From contig CANETG010000001.1 in NCBI GenBank assembly GCA_947440875.1, forward strand, positions 1 to 41,255: a DNA stretch of 41,255 bases, read 5' to 3'. Both the position numbers and the translations under genes were made by a program. Numbering within the stretch: position 1 is the first letter of the stretch; each line of letters starts with the position of its first letter. The stretch is from Bacteriovoracaceae bacterium. Its GTDB lineage: Bacteria > Bdellovibrionota > Bacteriovoracia > Bacteriovoracales > Bacteriovoracaceae. This document shows, piece by piece, positions 9,640-19,000 of this stretch. The notes under the pieces were generated by a model. That model had not been told where the DNA came from. It did not search any database and saw only the letters and a list, made by a program, of their open reading frames with translations.

Positions 9640-10860
9640 TTATTTTGATGCTTCAAACAATTGCTGGACTATGACCGATAGGGGTTGTCCGGCCTTGGCA
9701 CTTTCTCGGCTGAGAGCTCCTAGATCCCAAGTTTCTATCGGAGCGCCTAAGTTCTTTTCCACCAAAGAAAGCGGATAAGGACGATCCATTGGGACCCAGA
9801 TAAAGTCTGGTAGTTTCCCGACGGGCTCTCCTCCGATAATTTCAAGCTTCGAGTTCAATTCCAAATCATAGTTATACGTCTCCGTGAGGATCTTATCCGC
9901 CACTGTGTACGGAAGGCGCATATCACCGAAGTTGACCGTCATCTTCACACCGACAATGAAAGCTGTTTCCTTGTGGCGCGATTCGCGTTTTCTCAGTTTT
10001 TTCTTTTTATCGAAAGATTCAACGACAGTTGTGAAGTCAGATGATTCACCTTTGGTTAACACGTTATAGAATCTCGCTTCAAAACTTCTCACCGGGTAGT
10101 TCCAAACTTCTGACCCAGGAGCAACGTCAGCAATAAAAGACTGCCCCATGCCTCCCACGCGATTGACTAAAGCTAAGTGAAGGGTCGCAGGATTAATGTC
10201 ACCGCAAAGTGCGGAAAGAGGCATCCGGCAGCGCTTTCCTAAAAAAGCTGGTGCTGACTGAGCACGTGCGTACAAGAGTGATCCGAGGGCCTTGATATCT
10301 TCAGGAAAAAAGCGCAGAGGCATTCCATTCGGAGCATTGATCACGACATCTTTGACGGGCCTTGGCATCTTTTGCGAGGCCGATGCCCATCCGTCACAGA
10401 TGCCGCGCCAAGAGGGAACTTTGCCAGAATCTTCTCCGCCATTTTTTCGACCAATTTCCCAAGCATATTTCGTGAGCGACATCTCAGAATCACCGACTAA
10501 GAGATCGTATTTTTCTGCCGGGGAGAGTTTGTCATTACTCGCAACTGAGTAGAAGGGATTAGCATCGAAGATCTCTTTGTGCTTTTTCCATTGAACTTTT
10601 TCTTCCAGCTCTACAAGAGGCCTGGAAAGTTCATCGAGGTATCTCGTCGCAACTGATCCCTGGTATTGTGGCCAGTAAGACCCTGACCAAATGTCGAGCT
10701 TACTTTCCGCTTTGTTGAGCCCGGCCTTTGCTATCTCGGAAAGAGCTGTGATTTTCTTTCCGCCTCCCAAGAGGGCATCGACTTGCTCATCTTTCCCAGG
10801 CGCATCGGCGAGTGAAAAAGAGGAGCTTACGATGAAAGTGATAGCTAAAAGTATTTTCAT
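9640..10860 (-). CDS. Transglutaminase-elicitor (GP42-like) family secreted protein, paralogue B
   Basis: Signal peptide MKILLAITFIVSSSFSLA; WSGSYWP, LSPAEKYD, WRGICDGW, DIKAL, EVWNYPV. Confidence 0.75.
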   Translation of the reverse strand: MKILLAITFIVSSSFSLADAPGKDEQVDALLGGGKKITALSEIAKAGLNKAESKLDIWSGSYWPQYQGSVATRYLDELSRPLVELEEKVQWKKHKEIFDANPFYSVASNDKLSPAEKYDLLVGDSEMSLTKYAWEIGRKNGGEDSGKVPSWRGICDGWASASQKMPRPVKDVVINAPNGMPLRFFPEDIKALGSLLYARAQSAPAFLGKRCRMPLSALCGDINPATLHLALVNRVGGMGQSFIADVAPGSEVWNYPVRSFEARFYNVLTKGESSDFTTVVESFDKKKKLRKRESRHKETAFIVGVKMTVNFGDMRLPYTVADKILTETYNYDLELNSKLEIIGGEPVGKLPDFIWVPMDRPYPLSLVEKNLGAPIETWDLGALSRESAKAGQPLSVIVQQLFEASK

Positions 10861-10861
10861 C

Positions 10862-12538
10862 TTAATTACGTCTCGACATCTCAATGAGTTTATCAATCAC
10901 TTGAATCAAAGGCTGTGGTTTCGGATAACGGAACTCACAAGCGACTTTCTTTGGTCCATCACCTTTGTCATCAATGGGAAAGACCGTACAAGTGGGAGAC
11001 ACACCCCAAAACTTGGCCGACTCTTCATACTGGTATCCGTGCGCACCTTTAGCGGCGTCTTTCCATGTCGTCGGTGGAAGATTACTTCTTGAATCATCCC
11101 AACCAGCAATCCCTGGAACTGGCTGAAAGAATTTTTTCCAATCACGTGGAGCGAGCCAGAAATAATCGGGCTGGTTCGTTGAGTTTTTAAAGATTCCGGC
11201 ACCACCTTTTTTCGAGACCCGCCACTGACCACCAACAATTTTACCAGTGGAGCTGATTTCAAGATCGTAGTTGAATTTGTAATCAACGAGCTTGTCGTCG
11301 GCCGGAGAGTTCGTTTCTTTTTTCTTCGGGAGTTCCCAGTCAATGTATTTGATGTTCATCGCCACACCTACGATGTACGCGGCTTCAGGGTTACGATTAA
11401 TTTGGTAAGGATCTTTGTTTCCGTACTCACGAATTGAAACCATCGACTCGCCAAGTGTTCCGTCTTTCCCCGATTTCGGGTTGAAGTAATTGAGCTCGTA
11501 GCCACCAACCGGCTGGTTAGCGATGGGAAGTTTCGGGTTGTGATCAAGCACGATCGGGCGGCCTTCGATACCCATAACGTTGATCACAGTCGTGTGGAAG
11601 ACGCCGGGGTGAACATCCGCACAGCGTGGGATAAGTTCCGAATCGTTGAGATCAATTTCTGTATCAATGAAGCGACCGTACTTATCTTTATCCGGATTCT
11701 TTTTGTTACACCGATTTCCTTCAAAAAGAACGTTGTCTTGAATGTTTGAGTTTGCCCACATGAGTGAAGCAAGGGCCTTGATGTCGTTAGGATAAACCGC
11801 CATTTTCTTTCCGTTAGGCAGAGTGATGAAGATGGTATTTTCCGGACGAGGAGTGTACCCAGCACCGAGGGCCCAACCATGACAAATTCCTTCCCAGAGG
11901 GCCATGAATCTTCCGGCATCCGGAATACGGTATCCTTCAGGAAGATCGATCTTCGTCAAGAATTCCCACTTCTTTCCTTTCCCCCAGCGCTCAGTATAGT
12001 CCCAAACGCGGTTGGTGAGATCGAAGCTCGTGTCACCGAGAATGAGATCGTATTTTTCAGACGGAGCGAGTTTTGCGAGTTCTTTTTCATCGAGTTCGTA
12101 AACATTCGGTAGAACTTTGACTTTTCTTTTTTTCCAGTCTTTCACGTTCTCTTGCCACGTGATGTTTTCAAGAAGAGTCGTGATGAAGATCGATGAATCT
12201 TTATTTTGATACGTGTTCGCTACACCACCAGCAAGGAGCGGCCAGAAGGATCCGCCCCAAGGCTGAACGCGTGTGTTAGCGCGGTTAAGGCCCCTTCTTT
12301 CCATCTCTCGGATGTCCCAAAGGAAGTTTTTATTTTCAGTCAGACGTTCAATTTTTGATTTCATTTCATCCGTCGAAAACGGCTTGTACGGATAGATCGT
12401 CTTCACTGGTTCTTTCACCCGTGATTCACCGTCACTGCAATCGGCTTCATTTGGGTCACAATCTCGATCAGTCATCTGTGCCATGGCACTCGTGCTGAGA
12501 ACGGAAAGCATTAAGCTTAGGCCAAAGAACTTTTTCAT
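10862..12538 (-). CDS. Transglutaminase-elicitor (GP42-like) family secreted protein, paralogue A
   Basis: Signal peptide; WGGSFWP, LAPSEKYD, WEGICHGW, DIKAL, NQPV, YDLEI...IVGGQW, QPDYFW. Confidence 0.8.
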   Translation of the reverse strand: MKKFFGLSLMLSVLSTSAMAQMTDRDCDPNEADCSDGESRVKEPVKTIYPYKPFSTDEMKSKIERLTENKNFLWDIREMERRGLNRANTRVQPWGGSFWPLLAGGVANTYQNKDSSIFITTLLENITWQENVKDWKKRKVKVLPNVYELDEKELAKLAPSEKYDLILGDTSFDLTNRVWDYTERWGKGKKWEFLTKIDLPEGYRIPDAGRFMALWEGICHGWALGAGYTPRPENTIFITLPNGKKMAVYPNDIKALASLMWANSNIQDNVLFEGNRCNKKNPDKDKYGRFIDTEIDLNDSELIPRCADVHPGVFHTTVINVMGIEGRPIVLDHNPKLPIANQPVGGYELNYFNPKSGKDGTLGESMVSIREYGNKDPYQINRNPEAAYIVGVAMNIKYIDWELPKKKETNSPADDKLVDYKFNYDLEISSTGKIVGGQWRVSKKGGAGIFKNSTNQPDYFWLAPRDWKKFFQPVPGIAGWDDSRSNLPPTTWKDAAKGAHGYQYEESAKFWGVSPTCTVFPIDDKGDGPKKVACEFRYPKPQPLIQVIDKLIEMSRRN

Positions 12539-12660
12539 GAGAACTCCTGATCAAGTTAAAACTTTTCGTAGTTTTACCAAGCCCAGGGCATTGACGGGAT
12601 TAATTCCGAACTCTTAGGTAAAGTTTACAAGATGGGAAAAACTACTGGTTAAAGTGATTT

Positions 12661-12783
12661 TCACCTTATTTTGGGAGAACTGACGGTCTCGGAGAGTGAA
12701 GCATTTACCCGTCTTTGGTCTTGTCCGTTTTTGGCAATAAAAGTGAACAGGAAAGCGACGAGAGTGAGGAATACGAGTTTCAT
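12661..12783 (-). CDS. 40-aa small protein with signal-like hydrophobic N-terminus (absent from the ORF track)
   Basis: AAGGAGG 6 nt before ATG 12783; translates MKLVFLTLVAFLFTFIAKNGQDQRRVNASLSETVSSPKIR*. Confidence 0.65.
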   Translation of the reverse strand: MKLVFLTLVAFLFTFIAKNGQDQRRVNASLSETVSSPKIR

Positions 12784-12811
12784 CTGAACCCTCCTTGGGG
12801 AGATAGAATCT

Positions 12812-12832
12812 ACGTCCTCGCCCTGAGGACGT
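12812..12832. other. 8-bp inverted repeat between the beta-barrel gene and the small ORF
   Basis: ACGTCCTC-GCCCT-GAGGACGT; no U-tract. Confidence 0.4.
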
Positions 12833-12855
12833 CATCTGAAGGCATCATTAATTTC

Positions 12856-13872
12856 TCAGAATTTAAGAGCGATTTCAGCACCAATGGCAGTCGTTGATGG
12901 CTTGAATTTCATGAGCGGCTGAACGAAGACTCCTACGTTTGAAATGAAATAGCGCTGAGGATAGTAAGTCAGAGTTGTTCTAATTCGGTGAGGGAGGTTG
13001 TTGTTAAACTCGCGAGAGTTCGCCTGAACACCTCTTTGATCCCAGTCGAAAATCGCCATATTGGCGAAGTTCCACTGGTCATTGATTCTGTAGTTTACAT
13101 AGGGACTAGCGGTAATGATCTGAGTCTGGAGCTGAGTCGGGATACAGATGTCCGGTGCACACCCAGGAATCTTCTTTTGGTTATTGTGACCGTAAAACAT
13201 GCGGTAAACCTGTCCCGTTATCCCGCCGGCCCATTTACTCGTTAGATCGGTTTTGATGGCAAGATTGTTGGTGAGAACCAGACCCATGTGCATGTTATCA
13301 TCACGAGAAATAACCGATGTCGGGGCTTCGTAGGAAAACGTAGTAAAGAGAGTCGCCACTTTGAGATCAATCGAAGGAACATAAAGATGAGCGCGCGCAT
13401 TGTAGAATTGATTGTCTGGAGTATTCGTCACGGTTCCGTTAGGACTTTTATTCACGACTTCACTCGTGTAGCCATTGGACATCGCTAAGCTCGCGCCGAT
13501 TCCCCAGACTTGATTAAAGTCAAAACGAATGAGTGCGGATTGAAAACTCTGAAGGGGAGCGCGCCCTGTGTTTGCCTGATCCGTCCCTTCTTGAAATACG
13601 TTATAGGTTTCGTTGGCGGACCCGCCAAGAGTGGGACCCAAAAACATATGATAATAAGAAAGAGAAGTTTTCCTAAGAAGCTCGTCACCGAAAGTTTTCT
13701 TCGGAATCTTGGTCGAAATAACGTTATTGTTTTGGAGCGAGTTTTGAGAGTTCGCATTCGCCCCAGTAGAAACCGTCTGCGCCTGAGCAAATTGCATGGT
13801 CAAAAGGAGAATGATCCCGCCCAAGACGACAATGAGGATCTGCGCAGAGATCCCTGATGACCTAGACTTCAT
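12856..13872 (-). CDS. Hypothetical exported protein, probable outer-membrane beta-barrel
   Basis: Signal peptide ending AQA, alternating aromatic/amphipathic strands, C-terminal AIGAEIALKF (terminal Phe); start overlaps the upstream stop (ATGA). Confidence 0.7.
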   Translation of the reverse strand: MKSRSSGISAQILIVVLGGIILLLTMQFAQAQTVSTGANANSQNSLQNNNVISTKIPKKTFGDELLRKTSLSYYHMFLGPTLGGSANETYNVFQEGTDQANTGRAPLQSFQSALIRFDFNQVWGIGASLAMSNGYTSEVVNKSPNGTVTNTPDNQFYNARAHLYVPSIDLKVATLFTTFSYEAPTSVISRDDNMHMGLVLTNNLAIKTDLTSKWAGGITGQVYRMFYGHNNQKKIPGCAPDICIPTQLQTQIITASPYVNYRINDQWNFANMAIFDWDQRGVQANSREFNNNLPHRIRTTLTYYPQRYFISNVGVFVQPLMKFKPSTTAIGAEIALKF

Positions 13873-16040
13873 AGCTCAGTCCCAGCAGTCTTTTGGTTAC
13901 CGGCCATGTGGATCCCATCAAGCTTTTCACGGTCAGTGAGGAACTCTTTGAGATTGTTAATCACGGCCATCCTCTGCTCTGATTCGATGTCTTTGCCCAG
14001 TCTGTTCATGATTTCTTCCCTGATTCCAACGTACTCAAGAGTGAGGTTGTGAAAAAAAGTCTCGTAGAGCATTCCCGAGCGAGACCGGGCCATCATTTCG
14101 TCGGGTGAAAATAACTGTCCGGTCGTATCGCGCTTAATCAGAAGAGCGAGCTCTTCGCGTTTTGCGGAAAACAGACTCTGAAGGATCCAGACAGTGTTGC
14201 GAACTGACCAGATGTACATGTTCAGACCCATGTTCGCGGCTTCCTCAGCCTTCGCATTCTGAAGGAAGAGAATTTCCCACTGGCGCTTCATGTAGCCGCG
14301 GAATTCTTTTGTGCTGAAGGTGTCTTTTTGCTTAAAGATATCTGAGTTCGCCGAAAGGTTTTTGAGAACTGATCCGTGCTCTTTTCTATTTGCCGTGTAA
14401 AACTCAGAAAGCTTCTGAATTTTTTCAAACCCAGCAGGTTTTTTTAAATCTTTATAACGCCAGTTCAAAGTTTGAGTCATTTCCTGCAGGAAAACAAATG
14501 ATCGTCCAACGTAGTAATCGCTTCTCTTCTGTTCCTTGTCTTCATCGAGCATGACGTATTTCTGATCAAGGATGAAGCGCGAGAGACGATCCCAGAGGTA
14601 AAGTTCAAGCTGCTGCGTGCGGTTGACTTCATTGAATAGGAACTGCTTCATCTTCGGTGATAGCTTTGGGTTCTCGGCGCGGAGTTTAAAGATGAGATTG
14701 TTATAGCGCTCGAGCTCTTCCCACGTCGCCTCGACCTGCATCGGAAAATTGTATTGCGTTTCAATTTGCTCGAGCCGACCCATCCGAGAGGCGTATTCGA
14801 TATTTTCTTCGAACCCAATCTGCATTTGCTTCATGTGGCCCATGCGATCAACCCAGGTTTGTTGATTCACATCGGCGACGTCAGAAGACAGAACCATATT
14901 CAGAAGCGCTGGTTTACTTGCCCCGACATAAGGCCCGGTCGTGACCTGCGAAGGATAAAGAATGTTGGCCATGACCAGGTCGTTGATAGCCGCCGGTGCC
15001 GCTGATTTTTCTGAGACGTTCTGAGTGATGACCATCTCTTTTCTGGGAGCGGCGGTGGCTTCTGTCATCATAGGTGTGCCGCGACTATCGACGATTCGAG
15101 TAATTCCAGCCTGCGCATCGATGAAAGCTGAGCGAACTTTTCCAACGGCCTGCATCGCATGCGGGTTCATGGGCATCGTGATAAAATAATAAGTGAAGGG
15201 TCCGTAGACCGCCAAAGCCACTGAATAACCAAGATTATTTTTCACCGTCTGGAAGAACCACAAGATCTTTCCGATCGTATACCGATAAAGAATTCCAGCT
15301 CCGTTGTTCGCCGGACGAGCGATACACCGGGCAAGGAAATTTCCCATCTTCTTTTTAAGAATGGACGCCTTCACCACCGCTTGGTTTTGGCGGTGAGCAC
15401 GGATCTTTGTGTCGACGATTTTATTTAATGTTTCATGGTACTTCGTAAAGACCAGCTGCCTTTCTTCCCACGTGAGAACGGGGTCCAATTCAGCTTTAAG
15501 GATTCGATTGAAAATATTGGTCACCGCTGGATCATTCCCTTTTTCACGGATTGAAAGGCGAAGAATTTTCGATGCGTATAAAGTGCGAAGATATTTTTCA
15601 ACCGAATGAACCATCTCCGTATGAGAAGACGCTTCGAGGGCTTTCTTATATTCCATAGAAAGGAAGTTATAAAGATGATTGAGAATAGGGCAAGTAAGAT
15701 CCATCTGATAAAAATCAACGATCGAGACACTGAGGGACTCGCTGTCTGAAGAGAAAGTGAGATTTCCCTGAGCATTAAAATAGTCGTATCTCTCGAGAAC
15801 CTCGGCCGAGCTTTTGAGCGAGCGCTTTAAGACGTAACCAGTCCCTCCGAGAATCATCCCGAGGCAGAGCGAAGCGTTCATCGATTCATCTTGGTACTCG
15901 TACCCAGAGTATCCTGAAGCGTTGGTGAACGTCTTAATGTCACCACCAATAGAATAGAGCCGCTTTCCCCCATCTTGGAGAACTGTTTCCAAGAAAGGAA
16001 ATAGCCTAGAAATATCGGCCGTAAGTAATTCAAGTCTCAT
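13869..16040 (-). CDS. Hypothetical 723-aa membrane-anchored protein
   Basis: Long ORF; central hydrophobic segment (LGYSVALAVYGPFTYYFITM), Ala/Thr/Pro linker, helical C-terminal half; no known motif recognised. Confidence 0.8.
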   Translation of the reverse strand: MRLELLTADISRLFPFLETVLQDGGKRLYSIGGDIKTFTNASGYSGYEYQDESMNASLCLGMILGGTGYVLKRSLKSSAEVLERYDYFNAQGNLTFSSDSESLSVSIVDFYQMDLTCPILNHLYNFLSMEYKKALEASSHTEMVHSVEKYLRTLYASKILRLSIREKGNDPAVTNIFNRILKAELDPVLTWEERQLVFTKYHETLNKIVDTKIRAHRQNQAVVKASILKKKMGNFLARCIARPANNGAGILYRYTIGKILWFFQTVKNNLGYSVALAVYGPFTYYFITMPMNPHAMQAVGKVRSAFIDAQAGITRIVDSRGTPMMTEATAAPRKEMVITQNVSEKSAAPAAINDLVMANILYPSQVTTGPYVGASKPALLNMVLSSDVADVNQQTWVDRMGHMKQMQIGFEENIEYASRMGRLEQIETQYNFPMQVEATWEELERYNNLIFKLRAENPKLSPKMKQFLFNEVNRTQQLELYLWDRLSRFILDQKYVMLDEDKEQKRSDYYVGRSFVFLQEMTQTLNWRYKDLKKPAGFEKIQKLSEFYTANRKEHGSVLKNLSANSDIFKQKDTFSTKEFRGYMKRQWEILFLQNAKAEEAANMGLNMYIWSVRNTVWILQSLFSAKREELALLIKRDTTGQLFSPDEMMARSRSGMLYETFFHNLTLEYVGIREEIMNRLGKDIESEQRMAVINNLKEFLTDREKLDGIHMAGNQKTAGTEL

Positions 16041-16066
16041 AGAATCCCTGCAACTCTGAGTTGCTT

Positions 16067-19000
16067 TTACTGCTGCTGTTGAGTCTGGTTGTATGAGTTC
16101 CCCAGCGAAATGGTCGACAAGATCGGACGAAGTGTGATCGTCTTTTCGAGGTCGAGTTTCCGAGAGAAGCTCACACCATAAAACTGATGGTTCCCGATCG
16201 CGGTAAGGGCCTCGTAATCAGGATGAGCTTTTTTAATCGCCCTCAAGATCTTTGGCCCGTAAGCCTTTAGCTGTTTATCATTGGCACTAGGAAGTGCTGA
16301 GCGGACTTCATCCCATCCGATCTCAAGACCCAGCTCTCTAGCAAACGATATGTTTTTCGCGTTCTCAAGCGCCGGAATGACTTCCTGAAGTGCTTTTACT
16401 TTTACCTGATTCGAATTCGGCATCATGTATCCGAAAAGTGATCCGTATTTATTGAGAACTTTTTCGTAGGCGTCGCGATCCTTATTAATTCCTGTACGAA
16501 CCTCTGTGACGAGGTTCGAGTAGAAGAACGGAATAATCCGGTCGGCCAGTCCGTAAAGGGGCTGGCGCTCTACCGAGATATCCACCGAAAGACCTTCGAG
16601 AGACGCGGCCGAAATGCCCAAGAAGTTTCCGTAGAAATTTAAGAAGTAAGCTTGCGCAATGGCCCCGTCGGAGAGAGCCTTGGCCTCCATCTTCGTTGTT
16701 TCTTCAATCTGGTGGAAGTGAATGACTTCGTGACCAGCGGTATAAATCTGAGTCAGTGGATCGAGTTCTTTCCTTACCCAAATAAAGATGTCCGAATCCG
16801 AAAAGAGTCCATGAGACTTTCTTTTCTTGGCGAAACATTCCCCCGCATGATCCTGCGCTGAGAGATGATTTTCGAGGATTTTTCTCGAAGAAAGAATCGA
16901 AATCTTATTCGGCGTGAGTTCACGCGTGAAGATTTCCGCAAGAGTGCAGCCTTGTTTTTTGGCAAACATCTCAAGGTTATATTTCGCGTACGGCATCGCG
17001 GGCATCAGTTCGATGAGCTCTTCCACCGATACTTTCTTCGAGCGCATGATATCATTCATGCGAGCGAGCATGGGGAAAGCAGCGAAGTGAGCTTCACGCT
17101 TTTTTGATAGGAATGCTGTTCTTTTTCCAGCTTCAATTTTCTTCGATTCAATTTCAATCTTCATCCACGCTTGGCGCGCCGCCTTGATATCGGCCGGAAT
17201 ATAGTTCGACTCTATCAGGAGTTCGCCCGTAGCAAATTCATTCTGAGAGGCAGTGAGGAAGTTCTCTGTTTTTAATAAGCTCATTTCACCGAGACCAAAA
17301 GTTTCAAACTTCAGTTCAGGGTGAGTCGTGTCAGTATTGAAGAGTTTAGCGAATTCGATCGCCTTCTCGGAGTTCTGCATGCGTTCGCGAACGATGGTCA
17401 TGAAAGAGTTCATGAGTTTCAAGAGATTCTGGGCCGATTTCCCTTTGATCGCCTCTCTAGAAAATTTCGCTTCGATCGATGATTTTAGAATCCTCAGAAC
17501 GATCTGATATTCGTTGGCGAGGAGCTTATCTCCACCGGACTTCTCGTCGCAAAGGACTTTCAATTCTTTGAGGATCTTGAGGTCGTGCTTCTGATTGTCA
17601 GAATTGTAATTCTGATAAATGATATCCATGTCAAGAACAAGGAGTTCGTCCATTTTCTCGCGGAACCCGCGGGGGAGCTTGTTGCGTGATTCAAGTTTTT
17701 GTAGTGACGTCACGAGGTTGATTTGATTGATATTCACTTTTTCAAAGTAAGCCGCGATCGCGCGCGACGCTTGTTTTGATTCGAGGAGATCGATCAGCTT
17801 ATAAACTGGTTCGATCGCCCGTGGGTTCATGAACGAAAGAACTTCCCGGCACTGAGTTTTAAGCGATAATGCCAAACCAAGGAGAATGTATGAATCCCCA
17901 GTACCATGGCGAAGGTGATTCATGATTTCAGTCGCCAGTCGTGAAACTTGGATTAATTGAGCGGCAACGAACATCGGAAGATGCGTCTGCATGGGAACCG
18001 GTGCTTTCGATTTGATAAAATCGGCCGCAGAGACTGAACCCGAAGTTCCCACGTCATCGACGACGACAAAAGGAGCGTAGCCGCCGCCTTTAGAGGTATT
18101 GACGATGGAGCTCATAGGACCGCGCTCTTCCGGGGCATATCTGACGAGAGCATTATGAGTCATCTTCGGAAGGGCCTTTGCTCCTCCGCCGTAAAATACC
18201 CAGAGACGGATATCAGCTGCGAGGTTGGCAAATCGTGTTCCTTCTTTATCTTTCATCGCCACCGGGATGCGGGCAATTTTGACGAGCTTTTGATACGCAA
18301 ACTGAGACGGTGATTTTCTGATCGTATTGAGCACTTCTTTTTTCGCCTGCTCACTCATCGTTTTCATGATGTAAATTCCCGATCCACCAGAAAGGTTAGG
18401 AGCTTTGACTACCCATTCTTCAGGATTGGACTCGATGATCGCGACGGACTCGATCTTCGGTGGGAGAGTTTCCGGAGGACAAATTCTTGGTCCTCTCATG
18501 TCCAGACCGAGTTCTTTGATCTTCGGAGCAAAGAATTTCGGCGCGTAGGTTGTCAGAGCAGCGAGAATAATTTTGTTATCGAGAATGCGGTTAAGCCCTC
18601 CCATATAAATGCGGTGATTTAGAATCGCATCGAGAAGACCTGGGACTGCGTAATCACTCTGAAGTGGAATCGGTTTTCCATTCACATCAAGAACAAATGG
18701 TGCTTCTCCATCTTTTCCCAGTTTCAGTGAGTCACGAAGATAGATCGGCTCATTGGTATCTGCGTCCCGGAGGATGATTCCTTTTTCCACGTCAAACAGA
18801 GCTGAGTCCGCATTAATGCGTGAGTAAATCGCCGTCACGATCGGGTTAGAACCATTGATCGTGCGAAGGCGGATGTAGCCTTTCTCGTCCTGGAAAAGCT
18901 GGACCGGATCTGCGTACACGAGTCCTGAGTAAGCGGCAAGGTTATGGATCTCTGGGGCCGCCCCGTTCATTCCTCCAGGGGGAAGAATCACTTGGATCCC

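Noticed and set aside
12614-12897. 73-aa (-) and 60-aa (+) ORFs in the ORF track
   Set aside because: No RBS or protein-like features; the 40-aa frame with AAGGAGG explains the interval better.
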